In this document: one piece after another, positions 27,187 to 36,404 of the stretch | Layout: every line of letters starts with the position of its first letter | Position numbering within the stretch: position 1 is the first letter of the stretch | NCBI GenBank assembly: GCA_951406725.2 | Contig: OX597828.1 | Span: 52,576,001-52,640,000, forward strand | Reading direction: 5' to 3' | DNA: 64,000 bases | Source of the DNA: Octopus vulgaris | Taxonomy: Eukaryota | Position numbers and translations under genes: made by a program | The notes under the pieces: model-generated | What the model saw: the letters and a program-made list of their open reading frames with translations, nothing else | Told to the model about the DNA's origin: nothing | Databases searched by the model: none

Positions 27187-27284
27187 TCAGCGTAATCTGT
27201 CGCTTACAAAACACAATCTTCAGAACTAGATACAAAACGCTTAATCGAAATAGAGTGTGTTTTGTAAGCGACAGACTACGCTGA
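27187..27284. repeat. 29-bp inverted repeat with ~40-bp spacer (hairpin / MITE remnant)
   Basis: tcagcgtaatctgtcgcttacaaaacaca versus tgtgttttgtaagcgacagactacgctga, one mismatch. Confidence 0.85.
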
Positions 27285-27510
27285 TGATCTTGCAAATATT
27301 TACGTAATTACATACGTAATTTTACATTTTGGCGTTTTACTGAGATTCTTTTGAGAACACACTCTTCGTGATAATGGCGATTTGACGTCTATGTTTAGCA
27401 TAATGTCCACTTTAGTGGTCATACCTGTTAATTTTGTATGTAACATAATTTTTAATCTTCGGATTTTCTAAATATGCTAAGCCATTGGTTTTAATTGATT
27501 AGTATCAATT

Positions 27511-27567
<57 letters not shown>

Positions 27568-27897
27568 AAAGGTGAGATCCAAGGACCATGGTGTAGTAAG
27601 GTTTAAAAAACAAATTTCAGGAACAAAAATGATTTTATGGCGCAGAAGGTTGCGAATCTTTCCCGTATCGAAGTACGATATGCTGAAAAAAGTAAATTTC
27701 ATAGTTCACGGTTAGTAACAGGGGTCGTTGTATATGCGAATAAACATTTAAAGATTAAGGAATAGAGAAAATGAAGTCCAGCCTATGTATCATAGCTGGC
27801 GGAACCTCAGGAGTGGAAAATTTATCCAAACGAGGCGTAGATCGCAAGCTACTCTTCAGACGAAGGCTACCTTGATTTTATGAAGTTTACATTACCG

Positions 27898-28247
27898 GTG
27901 AAGGCGCATGACTCAGTGGTTAGAGCGTAGAGCTTATGATCGTTAGGTTGTGAGTTCGATTCCCGGACCGCGCTGTGTGTTGTGTTCTTGAGCAAGACAC
28001 TTTATTTCACGTTGCTCCAGTTAATTCAGCTGTAGAAATGAGTTGCGACATCACTGGTGCGGTGCCAAGCTGTATCGGCCCCTTTGCCTTTCCCTTGGAT
28101 AACATCGGTGGTGTAGAGAGGGGAGGCTGTTATGCATGGGCGACTGCTGGCCTTCCACAAACAATCTTGCCCTGACTTGTGCCTCGGAGGGTAACTTTCT
28201 AGGTGCAGTCCCATGGTCATTCATGACCGAAGGGGGTCACCTCTAGA
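27898..28247 (+). mobile_element. SINE family D, full length
   Basis: Head gcgcatgactcagtggttagagcg...gagttcgattccc, CORE-like cttgagcaagacactt; colinear with 46068-46385; possible ATTACCG TSD. Confidence 0.85.
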
Positions 28248-28612
28248 TTACCGTTTAGAGATCCCTGTGAACCCGTTACGGATTCATACATATATCCATG
28301 CATGAAAGTGTACATGCTTCATACTTACTTACATGAAAGCATGCCAGAATACATGTGTCCATGCATACATATATGCATGCATGCACAAATTCATTCATAC
28401 ATACATACATTCAAGCATTACATATATGCACTATGCAGACATACATACATTGATACATCAGACAAATATTCATACATACATACATACATACATACATACA
28501 TACATACATGTATATATGCATGCATACAATCATACATACATTCGTAGATGTATATGCACATGCACACAAACACATATGTACGCTTACATAGTATATATAT
28601 ATATATATATAA

Positions 28613-28651
<39 letters not shown>

Positions 28652-29619
28652 CATGCACCGTGGACACACCTGATGATGTGACATGATGCTCATTGTTGTT
28701 GGTGTTGATGATGATGATGATGAGGAGGAGGAGGAGGATGATGTTGCTGTCATTGTCATCGTTGTCGTTGTTATTGTTGTTGTTGTTGAGATAAATGATT
28801 GTTTAGATTATCTGAGTGAAAAATCTGGTCGTTGTCAACGTCATGTTGGAAACAAACACGCGCGAGTTGTGCTTCCGCTTTGCCAGCGCTTGGTTGATTA
28901 GTTCACGATTAGTTCACAGTGATGAGAGAGAGAGATGGGGGGTGGGCTGGAAGGGGGTAATGGAAAGAGAGGGACTTTAGGGGCAGAGAGGGTGCATTGT
29001 GATATATAGAGAGGGAGTACGTGAGAGTGAGATAATGGAAAGATAATGGAAAGACTTGTGTAAATTAGAGATATGAAAGGACAGAGAGAGAGAGATTGTG
29101 TGTTCAAGTAGGCTTGAAAGATGAGTGATATAGAGAGAGCGCGGGAGGGTGCCTGAGAAAGAGAGAAAGAGAAGCACCGAGAAAGAGAGGGATGGGGTGA
29201 GGAAGGTCAGAGAGAAAATAATAAAGGTAGAGTGAGAGTGGGAGTGTAATTCAGAAAATTAAGCGACTGAGGAATATATGAAAGTGGGGGGGGGATTATA
29301 AGAGAACGAGAGAAACGGTGTATATGTCAGAGTAAATGTGTGTATGAGAAAGAAAGAAAGAACGAAAGAAAGAAAGAAAGAAAGAGAAACAGACAGAGAG
29401 AGACAGACAGGCAACGAGGGGGAGGATGTGCGAGAGTGTGAGTGATAGTAGGAGTGTTATGTTATTTATTGACTGGAAAAATGGACGAAGAATGGCTGAG
29501 TATTATGTGGATTAGTAGAACTGTACTGATTCGATTGTCTTTCACACACACGTACACACACACACATACACACACACACACACAAACACACATACACCCA
29601 CGCATGCAACGACGGTGGA

Positions 29620-29772
29620 CTTCTTTCATTTTCCGTCTACCAAATCCACTTGCAAATCTTTGGTCGGCCCGAGGTTGTAGAAGAGAATTATCGAAGGTGC
29701 CATGCAGTGGGACTGAACACGGAACCACGTTGTTAGGAACCAAGCTTCTTACTAAACTGCCATCCCTGCGCT
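29620..29772 (-). mobile_element. Diverged SINE family A 5' part
   Basis: ttccgtctaccaaatccac...tggtcggcccgagg...gcagtgggactgaac. Confidence 0.75.
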
Positions 29773-29784
29773 TATGAGGTGATT

Positions 29785-29827
<43 letters not shown>

Positions 29828-31020
29828 CATATTCCCCAGGGGTGACAAATGCAAGGGCAATACAAAGTCGGGGTTTAACCTAGAAAGAAATGATTAGCAA
29901 AATAAAATCAATCGTAGAAAGAAAGTAAAAAAGTGTACACAATAAAAACAAAGGAAAGAAGAGCACAGTGCACATGAAAATGGTGACAGTGATGGGATCC
30001 TCCTTCATACAAGAGGAACTCTAAGGACAAATGAGGAACCCTCGATCTAAGATCTGCTTGAGTACTAATAGCAAGTGCCATTTCTGGTTTCAGTTTTCCG
30101 AGTGACAGTTCTTCTACACTTAGAACGGTGCTATTCACTCTTTCCATTTTTTGCAACTTTCATTCACCTTCCAATAAATTCGAAGACAGTACCTTCTTCT
30201 TCACTTTCACTTTCCATTTCAATCGAAATTTGAAGAAGTCGATGAGGAATCTACCAATGAGAACTCTCTGTGTCCTCATACATTTCAGCATCTACAAGAC
30301 GATCTCTTTAGCAATAGTCCTCAATAACAATAGTCCTCAATCAAACTGCTTCTCTGCCCAGTAAGAGTGGGGTGACGGGCGATCATTCCTATCGATAGAA
30401 TTTTCCTTCTGACATGCGTTAGCACCTCTTCGACAAAAATTCACATGTCAGCGATGCCCGAACACTCAACGAGTGTGTGCAGAGCGGTTTCGTCACTCTG
30501 CACACATCTCAGACCAGACCATTTGACGGCACATCAGTGTCTGTATAGTTTATCATCACCGATGGAAGACTCGTAGTATAATAATATATAACATTATGTA
30601 ATAATATATAATCTTCCGACTCTGGTTAGACTTAGTTCATCATTTGTTTGTATTTAAAAAATTGTTGCTTCAAATCGGAGAATATATATCATTATGCTAT
30701 ATTATTATACAGTTTTATATATATATATATCCGTAATAATGAAGGGTGAAATTAATTAATTTGGAATAATTATCAATTACACCAAGTAGTCTTCGGCATG
30801 TAAAAGCCTCATTCGAGGAAAATTTAAGTAATACTAAGCAATAAAGGGTTTAGCAACGAATTGCCTTACCACATACCGAATTTAGAAATAGCAGTCAAAG
30901 AGTTATAGCTATTTCTTCTACTAAAAGGAGATCTCAGTAAAAAACACAGCAATTGGAAGGCAGACACAAACAGGTAAGAGAGAATGAATTGACGGCAATC
31001 TATCATACAATTTTAAGTTA

Positions 31021-31120
31021 TCTACGGACGCACGTTTCGAAATCAAGTTTTTAGGAAAGCATGAGAATTAAATATTAAATAATTCTACGTTACCCAAACT
31101 TCTTTTCTCTTCAGCGTAGA
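31021..31120 (-). ncRNA. Type I hammerhead ribozyme motif, copy 1
   Basis: Reverse complement of 32638-32737; core intact. Confidence 0.85.
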
Positions 31121-31616
31121 ATACTATAATCATAAGTGATTATATATTGAATTTTGAGATACTAGAAGGCACCAACTCAACTCAGTATCAGAGCGAGCTA
31201 GAATCCGCAACTAGTATCACCAAACTCAACGTGTGAATGAAAGGATTGTGTCACCAGCCCCTTCCCACCCGCGTGTAGCCAAAACAAGATGCTATGGTCA
31301 TCTACTGAGATAAAATATGGTTATCCGTAATAATGAAGGGTGAAATTAATTAATTTGGAATAATTATCAATTACACCAAGTAGTCTTCGGCATGTAAAAG
31401 CCTCATTCGAGGAAAATTTAAGTAATACTAAGCAATAAAGGGTTTAGCAACGAATTGCCTTACCACATACCAAATTTAGAAATAGCAGTCAAAGAGTTAT
31501 AGCTATTTCTTCTACTAAAAAGGGAGATCTCAGTAAAAAACACAGCAATTGGAAGGCAGACACAAACAGGTAAGAGAGAATGAATTGACGGCAATCTATT
31601 ATACAATTTTAAGTTA

Positions 31617-31716
31617 TCTACGGACGCACGTTTCGAAATCAAGTTTTTAGGAAAGCATGAGAATTAAATATTAAATAATTCTACGTTACCCAAACTTCTT
31701 TTCTCTTCAGCGTAGA
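31617..31716 (-). ncRNA. Type I hammerhead ribozyme motif, copy 2
   Basis: Reverse complement of 32638-32737; core intact. Confidence 0.85.
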
Positions 31717-32211
31717 ATACTATAATCATAAGTGATTATATATTGAATTTTGAGATACTAGAAGGCACCAACTCAACTCAGTATCAGAGCGAGCTAGAAT
31801 CCGCAACTAGTATCACCAAACTCAACGTGTGAATGAAAGGATTGTGTCACCAGCCCCTTCCCACCCGCGTGTAGCCAAAACAAGATGCTATGGTCATCTA
31901 CTGAGATAAAATATGGTTATCCGTAATAATGAAGGGTGAAATTAATTAATTTGGAATAATTATCAATTACACCAAGTAGTCTTCGGCATGTAAAAGCCTC
32001 ATTCGAGGAAAATTTAAGTAATACTAAGCAATAAAGGGTTTAGCAACGAATTGCCTTACCACATACCGAATTTAGAAATAGCAGTCAAAGAGTTATAGCT
32101 ATTTCTTCTACTAAAAAGGGAGATCTCAGTAAAAAACACAGCAATTGGAAGGCAGACACAAACAGGTAGAGAGAATGAATTGACGGCAATCTATCATACA
32201 ATTTTAAGTTA

Positions 32212-32311
32212 TCTACGGACGCACGTTTCGAAATCAAGTTTTTAGGAAAGCATGAGAATTAAATATTAAATAATTCTACGTTACCCAAACTTCTTTTCTC
32301 TTCAGCGTAGA
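32212..32311 (-). ncRNA. Type I hammerhead ribozyme motif, copy 3
   Basis: Reverse complement of 32638-32737; core intact. Confidence 0.85.
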
Positions 32312-32637
32312 ATACTATAATCATAAGTGATTATATATTGAATTTTGAGATACTAGAAGGCACCAACTCAACTCAGTATCAGAGCGAGCTAGAATCCGCA
32401 ACTAGTATCACCAAACTCAACGTGTGAATGAAAGGATTGTGTCACCAGCCCCTTCGATGACCATAGCATCTTGTTTTGGCTACACGCGGGTGGGAAGGGG
32501 CTGGTGACACAATCCTTTCATTCACACGTTGAGTTTGGTGATACTAGTTGCGGATTCTAGCTCGCTCTGATACTGAGTTGAGTTGGTGCCTTCTAGTATC
32601 TCAAAATTCAATATATAATCACTTATGATTATAGTAT

Positions 32638-32737
32638 TCTACGCTGAAGAGAAAAGAAGTTTGGGTAACGTAGAATTATTTAATATTTAATTCTCATGCT
32701 TTCCTAAAAACTTGATTTCGAAACGTGCGTCCGTAGA
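32638..32737 (+). ncRNA. Type I hammerhead ribozyme motif, copy 4
   Basis: TCTACG (stem I)-CTGAAGA (core)-32651..32719 stem II (GAAA/TTTC, AAGTTT/AAACTT, AGAATTA/TAATTCT)-GAAA-CGTGC-GTC (cleavage predicted after C32731)-CGTAGA (stem I'). Confidence 0.88.
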
Positions 32738-33232
32738 TAACTTAAAATTGTATGATAGATTGCCGTCAATTCATTCTCTCTTACCTGTTTGTGTCTGCCT
32801 TCCAATTGCTGTGTTTTTTACTGAGATCTCCCTTTTTAGTAGAAGAAATAGCTATAACTCTTTGACTGCTATTTCTAAATTCGGTATGTGGTAAGGCAAT
32901 TCGTTGCTAAACCCTTTATTGCTTAGTATTACTTAAATTTTCCTCGAATGAGGCTTTTACATGCCGAAACTACTTGGTGTAATTGATAATTATTCCAAAT
33001 TAATTAATTTCACCCTTCATTATTACGGATAACCATATTTTATCTCAGTAGATGACCATAGCATCTTGTTTTGGCTACACGCGGGTGGGAAGGGGCTGGT
33101 GACACAATCCTTTCATTCACACGTTGAGTTTGGTGATACTAGTTGCGGATTCTAGCTCGCTCTGATACTGAGTTGAGTTGGTGCCTTCTAGTATCTCAAA
33201 ATTCAATATATAATCACTTATGATTATAGTAT

Positions 33233-33332
33233 TCTACGCTGAAGAGAAAAGAAGTTTGGGTAACGTAGAATTATTTAATATTTAATTCTCATGCTTTCCT
33301 AAAAACTTGATTTCGAAACGTGCGTCCGTAGA
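33233..33332 (+). ncRNA. Type I hammerhead ribozyme motif, copy 5
   Basis: Same sequence as 32638-32737. Confidence 0.85.
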
Positions 33333-33518
33333 TAACTTAAAATTGTATGATAGATTGCCGTCAATTCATTCTCTCTTACCTGTTTGTGTCTGCCTTCCAA
33401 TTGCTGTGTTTTTTACTGAGATCTCCCTTTTAGTAGAAGAAATAGCTATAACTCTTTGACTGCTATTTCTAAATTCGGTATGTGGTAAGGCAATTCGTTG
33501 CTAAACCCTTTATTGCTT

Positions 33519-33558
<40 letters not shown>

Positions 33559-33589
33559 CATTATTAAATCTCAGAATGAGATATATAAT

Positions 33590-33641
<52 letters not shown>

Positions 33642-33688
33642 CATTAATAAATCTCCGAACGAGATGTAAACAGTAACCGCTCGACAAC

Positions 33689-33825
33689 GTAAAGTGTACT
33701 AGCCATCTGAATGTGGCTAGCCACTGGGGGTGGGTGTTACTGAAGCTTATAGCCCCAGGAGATAAGCTTCAGTAACAACCCACCCCCCAGTGGCTAGCCA
33801 CATTCAGATGGCTGATACACTTTAC
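33689..33825. repeat. Near-perfect fold-back palindrome (~62-bp arms, 11-nt loop)
   Basis: agccatctgaatgtggctagccactgggggtgggtgttactgaagcttat / loop agccccaggag / ataagcttcagtaacaacccaccccccagtggctagccacattcagatggct. Confidence 0.92.
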
Positions 33826-33859
<34 letters not shown>

Positions 33860-33960
33860 TAGTAATATTATGACAACAAAAGAATGAATGAGACCTCGAT
33901 ATTATGTAAACAGAGGAATTTATCTGTAAAATAATATGTGACAATTGTTCGGTTGCCATA

Positions 33961-34019
33961 ATAAAACTCCGAGTTTCAGATGTCGGGGCGGAAATCTGCT
34001 CCGGCATCTCGTCAGTTAT
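33961..34019 (-). ncRNA. Type I hammerhead motif of an unrelated family
   Basis: Minus: ATAA-CTGACGA-GATGCCGG...CCGACATC-T-GAAA-CTC-G-GAG-TT-TTAT; CUGANGA and GAAA intact, one extra nt after stem II. Confidence 0.65.
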
Positions 34020-34746
34020 AAAGACAAACAAAAATGCTATGAAAATGACCGTTAAACAAAGGGAAATTACTATGAAGATGACCGTTATTAAGACAAACAA
34101 AAGAGTTATTAGAATGACCGTTAAATAAAGGGATAAACCCGAAAGGGGAGAAAGTAAAAACCGCTCAGAATTCGCATGTACATACATACACATGTGCACA
34201 CGCACACCCACGGACATGTGCATATAAACATATGTTCGCTCACACTCGTGTGCAACACATAAATGCACACCCCCACACACACACATGTATGTATACATAT
34301 CTATATATATGAGTTAGTTTTATGATGTTTATATTCGTGCATATATATGTGTGTGTATCTATAAACACACACGCACACGAAGTGGGTGTGAGGAATATGG
34401 GGTAGACGGTGACACATGCGCACACGACCCGAACCTACGTGTTCTTATGTACTGCAGGTTTCAGACGTAGGTCGCTCCTCTAAGCGGGAGATTCAGTCCT
34501 TCGGAGTGCTCAACAACAAAACTGATAACTGGTCCTATGATGTTTGTCTCTTTAAATTAAAGCATGATGAATGCAACTCAAATATACCACATCAAATGTG
34601 GCATATTTTCCGCAGATTACGCCAGTGTATGCGTGTCAGTGTGTGTATGTGTGTGTGCGTGTGTGCGTGCGTTTGTGTGTATGTGTGCGTGTGTGTTTGG
34701 GTATCTATATATACACACACATACATGCGCACACATATATATATAC

Positions 34747-34907
<161 letters not shown>

Positions 34908-34964
34908 GAGTGTATTTTTACCATATATATATATATATAATATATATATATATATATAATATAT

Positions 34965-35037
<73 letters not shown>

Positions 35038-35254
35038 TAAATAGATTGTTACCTTGTTAGAATTAACACGGAAAAATAAATAAATAGTTACCAGGGCAGC
35101 AAAAATCTCACAAGTAAAGGTGTTGTAAAGCAATAATTTATACCATTTATTCTTTTGAATAGTATCAGTGGAATTTTCGAAACATGTGTCGAAAGTAAAA
35201 ATATTTGATTACACCTGCGTTAACTCCATTTTTTTATTTATATATATATATTAT

Positions 35255-35444
35255 AGAAGTCGCGCACTGGTTTTTTGAAAGAATGCATCCTTACTGATTT
35301 CAACAACACTTTATTGAAATTAATCGTAACAAATGCTCGAATTGAGCACTCTCTACAATAAAACATGCAGAAAAAATATAATAAAATAAAATGCTTTAAT
35401 TATTTTTAATGAAAACCAGAATGGTGTGCGACTTCTGGGAGACC

Positions 35445-35447
<3 letters not shown>
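35255..35447. mobile_element. Tc1/mariner-type non-autonomous element (left TIR truncated)
   Basis: Right end tgcgacttctgggagaccctg|TA is the reverse complement of TA|CAGGGTCTCCCAGAAGTCGCA; left end retains agaagtcgc. Confidence 0.6.
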
Positions 35448-35511
<64 letters not shown>

Positions 35512-35971
35512 CATATATATATATGTATGCGTATACTTGCTATCTACATGTATGTGATATGTATAATTAGTAAAGCCAGTATTGATTTAGAGGGCAGAAC
35601 AACTACAGCGACAACAACCACTTCTACCACCACAGCTATCACCAACACCACCACTACCACAACAACAACAATAACAACAACAGCAACTACTACTACTGCT
35701 ACCACTGAAGCGCGACACAAACAGGAGCAACAACAACAGCGACAACAGCAACAACTACTACTACTGCTGTTGTTGTTGCTGCTGCTGCTGCTACTACTAC
35801 TACAACAACTAAATCACTAGCGACAAAAGATTAATAATTCCTTTATAAAATAAAGTAAGAATAATATCTACAGCCTCATCAACATCTGCGATATATACCA
35901 TAGCATCAATACGAATTCTCTCACAACTGTTGTTGCTGCTGCGGCCGCTGCTGCTGCTGCTACTACTACTA

Positions 35972-36018
<47 letters not shown>

Positions 36019-36272
36019 TCAGCTGTTGCCGCCACCGCTGCTGTGCTGCATGTACTTGAGGACGAATCGATGTTCGATCGGTTTCCATCTTGACCGGCCA
36101 ACAGCGTTCGTTTGTTTGTCATGTGAAATCCAACAATGACCACACCCAAACAATAGCGTTCACCTACTCGGAAGTGTGTCGTCACACCGGAAGTAAGAGC
36201 GCCGCTGTTTGGCTATACAGTATACATCCAGACATAGTGATGGATGATCAGGAAAACAGAGGTAGTAGTAGT

Positions 36273-36308
<36 letters not shown>

Positions 36309-36404
36309 TGCAGCAGCAGCAGTAGTAGTAGTAGTAGTAGTAATGGAAGTAGCGTTGCTGATGGATGTGATGGTGGCGATTGTTGCCATCGGTGATACTG
36401 GTAG

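Larger units (their letters stand above)
30731..33520. mobile_element. Tandem-plus-inverted array of a ~595-bp hammerhead-bearing unit (retrozyme / Penelope pLTR-like)
   Basis: Units begin ccgtaataatgaaggg at 30731, 31325, 31921; orientation flips at 32455/32456; inverted units run 32456-33050 and 33051-33520; (AT)n on both flanks; one hammerhead motif per unit. Confidence 0.85.

Noticed and set aside
30140-30560. Possible further mariner relic on the minus strand
   Set aside because: Only a faint similarity (NSIDRNDRPSP); no catalytic motif or TIR could be established
31460-32894. 60-aa ORF (MISKRASVDNLKLY...) recurring in the array units
   Set aside because: TTG start inside the ribozyme, no recognisable motif, and frameshifted in other copies
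34458-34620. Possible exon after ...tactgcag (VSDVGRSSKREIQSFGVLNNK...)
   Set aside because: No convincing donor site, no recognisable domain and no partner exons
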